The notes under the pieces were generated by a model, which saw only the letters and a program-made list of their open reading frames with translations, made no database searches and was not told the origin of the DNA. From Clostridia bacterium (GTDB lineage: Bacteria > Bacillota > Clostridia > TANB77 > CAG-508), in the NCBI GenBank assembly GCA_017533795.1, contig JAFWIH010000018.1, positions 9,105-73,104 of the forward strand: a DNA stretch of 64,000 bases, in the 5' to 3' direction. A program made the position numbers and the translations under genes. Of this stretch, positions 1-9,064 are shown piece after piece. The first letter of the stretch is position 1, and every line of letters starts with the position of its first letter.

Positions 1-459
1 TCTTATTCAGATGTTATGAAATCTCTTGTAAGTGGTGTAACAAGAATAGTAAAAATTGTATCATATGTACTGATAGGTTTTGTTGCAATTAGTTTAGTTG
101 TGTCATCAATAATGATTGCAATCATTACATATATTAGTGTTTTAGAAAGAACAAAAGAAATAGGAATTTTAAGAGCAATAGGAGCAAGCAAAAAAGACAT
201 AAAAAGAGTATTTAAAGCAGAGACAATTATTGAAGGAGCTATAGCAGGATTGCTTGGTGTTGGCATTACATTTTTATTAACTATTCCTATAAATATTATT
301 GTTGAAGCTTTTACACAAATAAAGAATATTGCTAAACTTCCATTTGGTAGTGCAACATTCTTGGTATTATTAAGTATTTTATTGAATGTTATAGCTGGAA
401 GCAAACCATCAAGTATGGCTGCAAAAAAAGACCCTGTGGAGGCACTTAGAACAGAGTAA
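1..459 (+). CDS. ABC transporter permease (FtsX/MacB type), C-terminal fragment; gene starts upstream of the window
   Basis: Open in frame 1 from base 1. YISVLERTKEIGILRAIGASKKDIKRVF...KDPVEALRTE is colinear with the C-terminus of the fused ATPase-permease at 27836..30991. Confidence 0.85.
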   Translation, partial: SYSDVMKSLVSGVTRIVKIVSYVLIGFVAISLVVSSIMIAIITYISVLERTKEIGILRAIGASKKDIKRVFKAETIIEGAIAGLLGVGITFLLTIPINIIVEAFTQIKNIAKLPFGSATFLVLLSILLNVIAGSKPSSMAAKKDPVEALRTE

Positions 460-482
460 GTATTATAGGTAAGGATATTATA

Positions 483-1091
483 ATGATTAATTTAGAAGAT
501 AATATAAAAAAAATAGTGGTGGTTGCATCCAACAACTACCACAAAATAAAAGAAATAAAGGAAATATTAACTGAATATACTATTGTTGCATTAAAAGATA
601 TTGGCTTTTCTGATGAAATTGAAGAAACTGGGACAACTTTTAAGGAAAATGCTTTAATAAAAGCAAATGCAATCCACACATATCTCAAAAAAAGTGGAAA
701 AGAATATTTAGTTTTGGCTGATGATAGTGGATTATGTGTTGATTCATTAGATGGAGCTCCAGGAGTGTATAGTGCAAGATATGCAGGAATACATGGAAAC
801 GAGCAAGCAAATCGTGATAAACTTTTAAAAGAATTAGAAGGAAAAGATAGAACTGCACATTTTAATTGTACTATTGCAATAATTTATCCAAATGGAGACA
901 GCAGAATATTTGAAGGAAAAACTTTTGGAAGAATTACTACAGAGGAACGAGGAAAAAAAGATTTTGGCTATGATTGCTTGTTCTATTCTAATGATTTGAA
1001 AAAAACTTTTGGAGAAGCAACAGAAAAAGAAAAAAACTCTGTATCACATAGAGCAAGAGCTCTAGAGAGAATAAAAAAAGAGTTATTATAG
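483..1091 (+). CDS. rdgB: dITP/XTP pyrophosphatase (RdgB/HAM1 family)
   Basis: 202 aa. Family signatures present: LADDSGLCVDSLDGAPGVYSARYAG, FGYDCLF, SVSHRARA. Confidence 0.9.
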   Translation: MINLEDNIKKIVVVASNNYHKIKEIKEILTEYTIVALKDIGFSDEIEETGTTFKENALIKANAIHTYLKKSGKEYLVLADDSGLCVDSLDGAPGVYSARYAGIHGNEQANRDKLLKELEGKDRTAHFNCTIAIIYPNGDSRIFEGKTFGRITTEERGKKDFGYDCLFYSNDLKKTFGEATEKEKNSVSHRARALERIKKELL

Positions 1092-1116
1092 ATTAAAAAG
1101 AAAGAAGTGATATTTT

Positions 1117-1875
1117 ATGGCTATAAAGCAAACAGCAGGAAGAAATAATTTAGGAAATTTTGCCCCTAAATTTGCGGAATTAAATGATGACGTTTTATTT
1201 GGAGAGGTATGGTCGAGAGAAGATAAACTTTCATTAAGAGATCGATCAATTGTAACAGTGTCTGTATTTATGGGAAAAGGATTAGTTACAGATGCGTTTA
1301 AACATCATATTCAAAATGCTAAAAATCATGGTGTAACACTTTCGGAAATGGTAGAAATTATAACACATGCTGCATTTTATAGTGGATGGCCAAATGCATG
1401 GGCAGCATTTGGTTTTGTAAAAGAGGCATATGCAGATGAAATTGCAGAGAATAATAAAGAAGCGGGAAACACACATGGTGGAATATTTGGCATGGGTGAA
1501 CCTAATGTAAACTATGCTCAGTATTTTATAGGAAATAGCTATCTTAAACCACTTACAAAACCAGAAGATTACTTAGGTATTGCAAATGTTACATTTGAAC
1601 CAGGATGCCGTAACAATTGGCACATACATCATGCTACTAAAGGTGGAGGCCAAGTACTAATATGCATTGAAGGAGAAGGAATATATCAAGAAGAAGGTAA
1701 AGAACCAAGATACTTAAAACCAGGAGATATTGTAGAAATTCCAGCAAATAAAAAGCATTGGCATGGAGCTACTAAAGATAGCTGGTTTAGTCATTTAGCA
1801 ATTGAATGTCCAGGAGAAAATTTATCAAATGAGTGGTGTGAACCAATATCAGATAAAGAATATTTCAAATTATAA
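1117..1875 (+). CDS. carboxymuconolactone decarboxylase-family domain fused to a cupin domain
   Basis: N-terminal half resembles CMD/AhpD-like proteins (FGEVWSRE..LSLRDRSIVTV, HAAFYSGWPNAW). C-terminal half has a cupin-like NWHIHH...GDIVEIPANKKHWHGA. Confidence 0.7.
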   Translation: MAIKQTAGRNNLGNFAPKFAELNDDVLFGEVWSREDKLSLRDRSIVTVSVFMGKGLVTDAFKHHIQNAKNHGVTLSEMVEIITHAAFYSGWPNAWAAFGFVKEAYADEIAENNKEAGNTHGGIFGMGEPNVNYAQYFIGNSYLKPLTKPEDYLGIANVTFEPGCRNNWHIHHATKGGGQVLICIEGEGIYQEEGKEPRYLKPGDIVEIPANKKHWHGATKDSWFSHLAIECPGENLSNEWCEPISDKEYFKL

Positions 1876-1889
1876 AAGGGAGCAATAAT

Positions 1890-2486
1890 ATGCGAATAGG
1901 TGTAGATATAGATGGAGTTTTAACAGATTTAGAACAATTTCAGTTAGATTATGGAAGTAAATTTGCCTATGAAATTGGGAAAAAAGAGATTATAAATGTT
2001 GATGGATATGAAATAAAAGATATCTTTAATATATCAAATGAAGAATATGATGTATTTTGGGATAAGTATTTTTTAGATTATGTAATAAATGAAAAACCAA
2101 GAAAGTTCGCAAATGAAATAACCAATAATCTACATAAAGAGGGGCATGAAATATATATTATAACAGCAAGATACTTCACGGAAAATGACAAAAAAAGAGT
2201 AGATAGCAGTATTAATGACATTATTTCAAATTGGCTTAACAAAAATAATATCTATTATGATAAAATTATATTTAGTCCTGAAGACAAAAGTGAGATATGC
2301 ATTAATAACAAAATTGAATTAATGATTGAAGATTCACCATATAACATAAATAGTTTATCTAAGGATATTCCAGTTATATGCTATAATGCTGTATACAATA
2401 AAAACTGTGAAGGTACTAATATATATAAATGTTATAGTTGGTATGACATATATGCTAAAATAAAACATATTAATAATAAGGAGTAA
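1890..2486 (+). CDS. HAD-superfamily 5'(3')-deoxyribonucleotidase-like (NT5C-type) protein
   Basis: N-terminal DIDGV (DxDxV) HAD motif and IITAR motif. Paralogous architecture to 50120..50725. Confidence 0.6.
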   Translation: MRIGVDIDGVLTDLEQFQLDYGSKFAYEIGKKEIINVDGYEIKDIFNISNEEYDVFWDKYFLDYVINEKPRKFANEITNNLHKEGHEIYIITARYFTENDKKRVDSSINDIISNWLNKNNIYYDKIIFSPEDKSEICINNKIELMIEDSPYNINSLSKDIPVICYNAVYNKNCEGTNIYKCYSWYDIYAKIKHINNKE

Positions 2487-2490
2487 AAAT

Positions 2491-4293
2491 ATGGCAAATA
2501 TAAATGATTACCTATCTTGGAGAGGTGATCTTGAAATTGATAAAAAAAATGAATTTAATGAAATTGATAGTATGATTTTAGCAAGGTTTTCATATTTGAT
2601 TTTTAATAGAATTCAAATGAATGAGGTAGAAACAATAGAGTCTATATCAAATAAAATGAAGGACTTTAATAATGAAGAATTTAGATTTAATGGAGATAAG
2701 GAACTAATTACAAAACTTGGAACATCTGAAAGATTTAAAAACATGAAAGTTACGGACTTTATAGAGAAAAGCGAAAAAGAAATAGAAAAACAATTTGGAG
2801 CAATAACTATTCACAATTCAGATGAAGAAATGTACATATCATATATTGGAACTGACAGTACTATTTATGGATGGAAAGAAGACTTTAACATGTCTTTTAT
2901 GGATTTTGTTCCATGCCAAATAGACGGAAAAAACTATTTTGAGAATATGGCACAGAAATATCCTAATAAAAAAATCAGAGTTGGAGGACATTCAAAAGGT
3001 GGAAATGTAGCTATTTATGCTGCAATTATGAGCCAAAAAGAATATCAAGATAGAATAATAAAGGTATATAATTATGATGGACCAGGATTTAACAGAAAAC
3101 TAGTTGAAAAGGTTAAAGATGAACCTATTATAAACAAAATAGAAACATATCTTCCACAAGACTCAGTTATAGGAAGAATAATGGAGCATAAAGAAAAATG
3201 TGAAGTTGTAGAAAGCATTGAAAAAGGAATTATGCAGCACGACATATATTCATGGCAAGTTTTAAAAGATGACTTAATAAAACTAGAAAGATTAACAGAT
3301 ACCAGCGAAGTAATAAATAAAACTTTAACTGATTGGCTTGAAAATACTACACCAGAACAAAGAAAAGCGTTTATGGATGGTGTGTTTGAACTATTTTATT
3401 CAACTAAAGCAAATACATTTGGAGAAATTTCTAAAAACTTATCTGCCAATATACGTATTATTTTTAAAACATACCAAAATATAACTGAAGAAGAGAAAAA
3501 GACAATTACAGAGATGTTAAAATTATTTGCAAAAGCTTATTTTTCTGTAGTAAAAGATGTACAATCAAACAAGTTTGAACTTATGAAAGAGCATTATATA
3601 AATGAAGGAAGAAAACTTTTATTAGATAGAAGAAAAAATAAAGGAGGAGCAACTTTGCAAGAAAATATTAGCTTAATAGCCCAAAGTGCGATTAGAATTA
3701 CTGATAAAAATGGAAAAATAATTTATTTTGATCCATTCAAACTAAAAAGGAATGATGAGGAAAAGGCAGATTTAATATTTATAACACATCCGCATTTTGA
3801 CCACTATTCACCAGAAGACATTGAACTAATAACAAAAGACTCAACCAAGATTGTAGGGCCAACAGAGCTAGAAGAAAAATTTTTAGAATTAGGGTTCAAA
3901 CAAGAGAATATTCTATTAGTTGAGCCTAATAAAAAGTATGAATTTGGAAGCATACAATTTGAAACAATTCCATCATACAATACAAACAAAAACTTTCATA
4001 AAAGAGAATATAATTGGGTTGGGTATATTGTAATAATAGATGAAAAAAGAGTATATGTAGCAGGAGACACAGACAATACGGAAGAAGCAAGACAAGTAAA
4101 GTGCGATATTGCAATGGTACCTATTGGTGGAACATATACAATGACCTGGGAAGAAGCGGTAGAGTTAATAAAGAAAATAAGCCCAAGTCTTGCAATACCA
4201 ATTCATTATAAAACAATAGTGGGAACTGAAGAAGATGCTGTTTCTTTTAAAGAAGCTTTACATAGAATCGTAGATGTAGATATTTTAATGTAA
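2491..4293 (+). CDS. fusion protein: Mbeg1-like/DUF2974 alpha/beta-hydrolase domain plus MBL-fold metallo-hydrolase domain
   Basis: 600 aa. N-terminal half has a GHSKGG nucleophile-elbow-like motif. C-terminal third has an HPHFDH (HxHxDH) metallo-beta-lactamase motif. Confidence 0.65.
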   Translation: MANINDYLSWRGDLEIDKKNEFNEIDSMILARFSYLIFNRIQMNEVETIESISNKMKDFNNEEFRFNGDKELITKLGTSERFKNMKVTDFIEKSEKEIEKQFGAITIHNSDEEMYISYIGTDSTIYGWKEDFNMSFMDFVPCQIDGKNYFENMAQKYPNKKIRVGGHSKGGNVAIYAAIMSQKEYQDRIIKVYNYDGPGFNRKLVEKVKDEPIINKIETYLPQDSVIGRIMEHKEKCEVVESIEKGIMQHDIYSWQVLKDDLIKLERLTDTSEVINKTLTDWLENTTPEQRKAFMDGVFELFYSTKANTFGEISKNLSANIRIIFKTYQNITEEEKKTITEMLKLFAKAYFSVVKDVQSNKFELMKEHYINEGRKLLLDRRKNKGGATLQENISLIAQSAIRITDKNGKIIYFDPFKLKRNDEEKADLIFITHPHFDHYSPEDIELITKDSTKIVGPTELEEKFLELGFKQENILLVEPNKKYEFGSIQFETIPSYNTNKNFHKREYNWVGYIVIIDEKRVYVAGDTDNTEEARQVKCDIAMVPIGGTYTMTWEEAVELIKKISPSLAIPIHYKTIVGTEEDAVSFKEALHRIVDVDILM

Positions 4294-4300
4294 TTCAAAA

Positions 4301-4329
4301 TTGTCAAAAGGGACGGATTATGATGACAA
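4301..4329 (+). repeat. 29-nt hairpin motif TTGTCA-AAAGGGACGGATTATGA-TGACAA (family member)
   Basis: 23/29 identical to 60808..60836 by position-by-position comparison. Lies 8 nt after the stop at 4293. Confidence 0.6.
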
Positions 4330-4347
4330 AGAATCGAGGAGAATATA

Positions 4348-5448
4348 ATGGAAAGAAATAAAAAAATAGTGCAAACAAGCATTTTAGGAATTGCTGTTAA
4401 TATAGTTTTAGTAGTATTTAAAGCAACCATAGGAATTATAGTAAATTCCATTGCAATTGTTTTGGATGCAGTTAACAACTTAAGTGATGCATTATCCTCA
4501 ATAATAACTATAATAGGAACAAAATTATCAGAAAAAGCGCCAGATAAAAAACATCCATATGGACATGGCCGAATTGAATACTTTACATCAATAATAATAG
4601 CAATATTAGTTTTAGCAGCAGGTGTAACTGCACTTAAAGAATCTGTAGAAAAGGTAATAAATCCTGAAACTGCAAATTACAGTATTGTATCACTTGTAAT
4701 TGTTGCTGTAGCAGTAATTGTAAAATTTTTCTTTGGAAGATATGTAAAAAGTATTGGTGAAAAACTTAATTCACAAAGCTTAGTGGCATCTGGAACAGAT
4801 GCATTTATGGATTCAATTTTATCATTATCAACACTGATAGCAGCAATTATAAGCTTAATATGGCATGTCAGTTTAGAAGGATATTTAGGAGTAATAATAG
4901 CAATTATTATCATAAAATCAAGCATAGATATCTTAAGAGAAACAATAACTATAATGATAGGAATAAGGGCAGATTCAGAGCTTACTAACAAATTAAAAGC
5001 AAGAATTATAAAATTTGATGAAGTACAAGGAGTATATGACCTTGATTTACATAGCTATGGCCCATCAAAGATAGTAGGATCAGTCCATATTCAAGTAAGG
5101 GATGATATGACAGCAAAAGAGATTCATAAGTTAACAAGAACAATAACTATGACCATATTGCAAGAATTTGGTATAATATTAACAATTGGAGTCTATGCAG
5201 CAAACGACAAAGGTGAGTTTGGAGAAATAAAGGAAACACTTGGAACTATTATAAAAGATTATAAAGAAATAATTCAAATGCACGGATTTTATGTTGATGA
5301 AGACACAAAAAATATATTCTTTGATTTAATTATAGATTTTAAAGCAGAAAAGCCAGATGAAATTCAACAAGAAGTAATAAAAAAGATAAAAGAAAAATAT
5401 CCACAATATGATTATAATGTAATTTTAGACCTAGATGTAAGTGATTAA
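4348..5448 (+). CDS. cation diffusion facilitator (CDF) family metal efflux transporter
   Basis: Six predicted TM helices, LSDALSS and HPYGHGRIEY motifs, C-terminal cytoplasmic domain. RBS gaggag lies 8 nt upstream. Confidence 0.9.
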   Translation: MERNKKIVQTSILGIAVNIVLVVFKATIGIIVNSIAIVLDAVNNLSDALSSIITIIGTKLSEKAPDKKHPYGHGRIEYFTSIIIAILVLAAGVTALKESVEKVINPETANYSIVSLVIVAVAVIVKFFFGRYVKSIGEKLNSQSLVASGTDAFMDSILSLSTLIAAIISLIWHVSLEGYLGVIIAIIIIKSSIDILRETITIMIGIRADSELTNKLKARIIKFDEVQGVYDLDLHSYGPSKIVGSVHIQVRDDMTAKEIHKLTRTITMTILQEFGIILTIGVYAANDKGEFGEIKETLGTIIKDYKEIIQMHGFYVDEDTKNIFFDLIIDFKAEKPDEIQQEVIKKIKEKYPQYDYNVILDLDVSD

Positions 5449-5468
5449 AGAAAGGAGGTATTCTAAAA

Positions 5469-6404
5469 ATGGAAAAGAAAGTATCAGTAGTAATACCAAT
5501 GTATTATGAAGAAAAAGTAGTACAGGAATGCTATAAACGAGTAAAAGAAAACCTTGTAAAAATTGAAAATTATGAAAATGAAATCATTTTTATTAATGAT
5601 GGAAGTAAAGACAAAACTTTAGAAATTTTAGAAAATATTGCAAAGCAAGATTCAAATGTAAAAATCATTTCTTTTTCAAGAAATTTTGGACATCAAGCGG
5701 CAGTAACTGCTGGGCTTCAGTATGTAACAGGTGATGCAATAGTAATTATTGATGCTGACCTTCAAGATCCACCAGAGTTAATTCCAGAAATGATAAAACT
5801 TTGGGAAGATGGTAATGAAGTAATTTATGGTAAAAGAAAATCAAGAGAAGGAGAAAGTGCATTCAAATTATTTACTGCAAAAATGTTTTATAAAACACTA
5901 AATGCACTTTCAGACGTAGAAATTCCTAAAGATACAGGAGACTTTAGATTAGTAGACAGAAAAGTAGTAGATACAATAAATTCTATGCCAGAACATAACA
6001 AATTTTTAAGAGGATTATTTAGCTGGGTAGGATACAAACAGATACCATTTGAATATGAAAGAAAAGAAAGATTTGCTGGAGAAACAAAATATCCACTAAA
6101 GAAAATGCTAAAACTAGCAGCGGATGGAATAATAAGCTTTTCAACTAAACCGTTGAAAATTTTAGGACTCCTTGGAATGTTTGCAATAATAGTTTCTGTG
6201 CTATTATTAATTTATGCTATTTTATCATATATATTAAAACTAAATCATCTATCAGCTGGTTGGACCTCAATAATGGTTGCTATTACTTTTTTTGCAGGAG
6301 TACAACTAACATCAATTTGGATTATATCAGAATATATAGGCAGAATATATGATGAAACAAAACAAAGGCCACAATTTATTATTGACAAAAAGATTAATTT
6401 GTAG
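5469..6404 (+). CDS. family 2 glycosyltransferase (polyprenyl-phosphate sugar transferase type)
   Basis: VSVVIPMYYEE, NDGSKD, IDADLQDPPE motifs and two C-terminal TM helices, typical of the ArnC/DPM1-like GT2 architecture. Confidence 0.85.
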   Translation: MEKKVSVVIPMYYEEKVVQECYKRVKENLVKIENYENEIIFINDGSKDKTLEILENIAKQDSNVKIISFSRNFGHQAAVTAGLQYVTGDAIVIIDADLQDPPELIPEMIKLWEDGNEVIYGKRKSREGESAFKLFTAKMFYKTLNALSDVEIPKDTGDFRLVDRKVVDTINSMPEHNKFLRGLFSWVGYKQIPFEYERKERFAGETKYPLKKMLKLAADGIISFSTKPLKILGLLGMFAIIVSVLLLIYAILSYILKLNHLSAGWTSIMVAITFFAGVQLTSIWIISEYIGRIYDETKQRPQFIIDKKINL

Positions 6405-6430
6405 TATTAAAAGAATAGGGAGGGATTATT

Positions 6431-7297
6431 ATGAAAAAATATGTGAAACTATTTTTGTGTTTAATAGTAGTAATAATGGTAACTAGTTTTATGACAATAT
6501 CAAAGGCTACAGTTGCAAAAGAAGATAATATTACAGATTTTTTAATAAATAATACAACTATTGACTTTGAAAATTTTAAAGAATCTGATGTTATAACACT
6601 AGTAGAAGAATTAACAAATGAATACTCTACGGAGGATTTAGCTGATATTTTAGAACAATATAGTAATGAATTAAACGACGAAGGTCTAGACGAAGAAACT
6701 CTTAATACTGTAACTCAAGTTTTACGTTCAACTGATACTAGTGACCTTAGAGAACTATTAAAAGAAATAGATTTAGATGAATTAAAAACAAGAATAGATG
6801 ACGGTGAAGAGTTTGGAGATATTATAGAAGATAGCATAAATAATATGCCAGCAGACCAATTAATAGGATTTACAGGAAAATTTTTATTAACCAATAAAGT
6901 TATTAAATCGGCAATAATTAAGTCAGCAATAACAACTTGTTTAATAACAGTATACATGATAGTTGTTAGATGGATAATTTATAAAAAAGCCGGAAAACAT
7001 GGATGGGCAGCACTTATTCCAATATATAAGGATGTAGTTTGGCTAAAAATTGCAGGACTAAGCCCATGGTTATTGTTATTATTCTTAATTCCTATTTTTG
7101 GATGGATAGCACTTGCAATAGTATTCATTGTTTCGAAGTTTAAAGTACCAGTTTCATTTGGACAAAGTGCATTATGGGGATTAGGATTATGGTTTATACC
7201 TATTGTGTTTGAATCTGTTGTAGCATTTTCTAAAGAGTTTGAATACATAGAAAAAGGTGATACAGAAAAGAACGAAGAAGAAATAGTTAACAATTAA
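6431..7297 (+). CDS. membrane protein: signal peptide, acidic region, C-terminal multi-TM domain (DUF5684-like)
   Basis: Hydrophobic N-terminus, D/E-rich middle. C-terminal IYKKAGKHGWAALIPIY...LLLLFLIPIFGWIALAIVFIV. Confidence 0.5.
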   Translation: MKKYVKLFLCLIVVIMVTSFMTISKATVAKEDNITDFLINNTTIDFENFKESDVITLVEELTNEYSTEDLADILEQYSNELNDEGLDEETLNTVTQVLRSTDTSDLRELLKEIDLDELKTRIDDGEEFGDIIEDSINNMPADQLIGFTGKFLLTNKVIKSAIIKSAITTCLITVYMIVVRWIIYKKAGKHGWAALIPIYKDVVWLKIAGLSPWLLLLFLIPIFGWIALAIVFIVSKFKVPVSFGQSALWGLGLWFIPIVFESVVAFSKEFEYIEKGDTEKNEEEIVNN

Positions 7298-7321
7298 CAC
7301 GAAAAAAAGTTTGCAAAACTA

Positions 7322-7350
7322 TTGACAAAAAAATGTTCGTACAATATAAT
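7322..7350 (+). promoter_or_regulatory. sigma-A type promoter of recN
   Basis: TTGACA (7322..7327), 17-nt spacer, TATAAT (7345..7350). Confidence 0.7.
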
Positions 7351-7363
7351 GTGTATGAACATT
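7332..7363. promoter_or_regulatory. palindromic operator-like site overlapping the recN -10 box
   Basis: AATGTTCGTACA - 8 nt - TGTATGAACATT. The arms match 11/12 as reverse complements. Confidence 0.5.
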
Positions 7364-7381
7364 TTTTTTGGTGGTGAGAAT

Positions 7382-9013
7382 ATGATAACGAATCTACATA
7401 TTAAAAATATTGGAATAATAGATGATATTGAAATAAACTTAAATAATGGATTAAACGTACTTACAGGAGAGACAGGTGCTGGTAAAACTTTAATAATAGA
7501 TTCTCTTAAAATTATTTCGGGAGATAGATTTTCTAAAGATATGATCAGAAAAGGAGAAACAAATTCTTTTGTTGAACTTTGTATGTATCAACCAGAGAGT
7601 AAGTTTGCTTTAGATGGAAATATTATAGTATCAAGAGAAATAAATACAAGTGGGAGAAACTTATGCAAGATTAATGGCAGATTAGTAACAGTTACAGAAC
7701 TTAAAGCTTTTATGTGTAATTTTATAGAAATACATGGGCAAAACGACAATCAACATTTGTTAGAAAATAATACACACATAAGCTATTTAGATAGTTTTAT
7801 AGGAGAAAAAATAATCAGTATAAGAGAAAAGTATAAAGAGTTATATTTTAAAAGAAAAAATATAATTAAAGAATTGCAAGAAAACTTCGGTGATGACAAA
7901 GAAAAACAAAGAAAACTAGATTTATTACAATATCAATTAAAAGAAATACAAGAAGCAAATTTAAATAAAAGTGAGGAAGAGAACCTAGAAGAAAAAAGAA
8001 AGATAGTATTAAATTCAGAAAAAATTGTTGACAATTTAAAAATAGCGGATGAAGCAATAGGAGAAAATAGCATAGATTATATAAGTGAAGCAATAAGAGC
8101 CCTAGAAAAACTAGAAGATATTGATAATAAATATGCAGATGCAAGTAATAGTTTAAAAAACATATATTATGAACTACAGGAAATATCAAGAGATATAAGT
8201 TCATACAAAGAAGATACTTTTTTTGATGAAGAAGAAAGAGAAAAAATTGAAAGTAGATTAAGTTTGATATATACATTAAAAAGAAAATATGGAAATAACA
8301 TAGAAGAAATATTAAAATACAAAGAAGAAGTAGAGCAAGAAATAGAGCATATAGAAAACATGGAAGAGCATAATAAAGAACTAAAAAGAAAATTAGCATT
8401 AATAGAATCAGAAATGATTAATTATGCAAAAAAAATAAATAAAATAAGGCTAGAATACGGAATTATTTTATCGGAAAAGATAAATAATGAACTTAAAGAT
8501 TTAGAAATGAAAAATGCAAGTATAAGTGTTAAAGTAGAGTATAACAATACAGAGTTTTATGAAACAGGAAAAGATTCTATAACATTTATGGTAAAAACAA
8601 ATATAGGGGAAGATGAGCATGAACTTTCTAAAATAGTATCAGGAGGAGAAATGTCAAGAATAATGCTAGCTATAAAAAAAGTTTTAGCTGATACAGACAA
8701 AATATCTGTATTAATATTTGATGAAATTGACACAGGGATAAGTGGAAAAGCTGCAAAAGTTGTAGCAGAAAAGTTAAAAATTATTTCTAAAACACATCAA
8801 GTATTATGTATTTCTCATTTAGCGGCGGCAACTGCTATGGCAGATTACAATTATTTTATTAGTAAAAGTGTTTTAAATAAAAGAACAAATACAAATGTAA
8901 AAATGTTAAATGAAGAAGAAGTATTAAATGAAATAGCACGAATATCAGCCGGAGAAATAAATGAGACTACTTTAAAATATGCAAGTGAATTGAGAAACAA
9001 AATTGCCTCATAA
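7382..9013 (+). CDS. recN: DNA repair protein RecN
   Basis: MITNLHIKNIGII...LTGETGAGKT Walker A, long coiled-coil middle, C-terminal SGGE signature and DEIDTGISG Walker B. ATG at 7382 has a ggtggtgag RBS. The upstream in-frame ATG at 7322 sits inside the promoter. Confidence 0.95.
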   Translation: MITNLHIKNIGIIDDIEINLNNGLNVLTGETGAGKTLIIDSLKIISGDRFSKDMIRKGETNSFVELCMYQPESKFALDGNIIVSREINTSGRNLCKINGRLVTVTELKAFMCNFIEIHGQNDNQHLLENNTHISYLDSFIGEKIISIREKYKELYFKRKNIIKELQENFGDDKEKQRKLDLLQYQLKEIQEANLNKSEEENLEEKRKIVLNSEKIVDNLKIADEAIGENSIDYISEAIRALEKLEDIDNKYADASNSLKNIYYELQEISRDISSYKEDTFFDEEEREKIESRLSLIYTLKRKYGNNIEEILKYKEEVEQEIEHIENMEEHNKELKRKLALIESEMINYAKKINKIRLEYGIILSEKINNELKDLEMKNASISVKVEYNNTEFYETGKDSITFMVKTNIGEDEHELSKIVSGGEMSRIMLAIKKVLADTDKISVLIFDEIDTGISGKAAKVVAEKLKIISKTHQVLCISHLAAATAMADYNYFISKSVLNKRTNTNVKMLNEEEVLNEIARISAGEINETTLKYASELRNKIAS

Positions 9014-9021
9014 ATTAGATT

Positions 9022-9058
9022 AAAAAAATCTCGATTTATTATCAAATCGAGATTTTTT
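9022..9058. terminator. bidirectional intrinsic terminator between recN and the VWA gene
   Basis: AAAAAATCTCGATTT / AAATCGAGATTTTTT stem with a 6-nt loop. A/T runs on both sides. Confidence 0.85.
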
Positions 9059-9064
9059 AGTTTG

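Noticed and set aside
7332-7363. Canonical LexA (Cheo) box at recN.
   Set aside because: The half-sites are oriented GTTC...GAAC with an 18-nt gap rather than GAAC-N4-GTTC. It is kept only as a generic operator-like palindrome.
7866-8399. 177-aa ORF antisense to recN. The many similar 60-160 aa antisense ORFs in the track (for example 3..404, 10871..11248, 11592..12080, 42150..43325) belong to the same class.
   Set aside because: They are Leu/Phe/Ile/Ser-rich low-complexity translations, as is typical of the antisense strand of AT-rich genes. They have no RBS and lie wholly inside well-supported genes.
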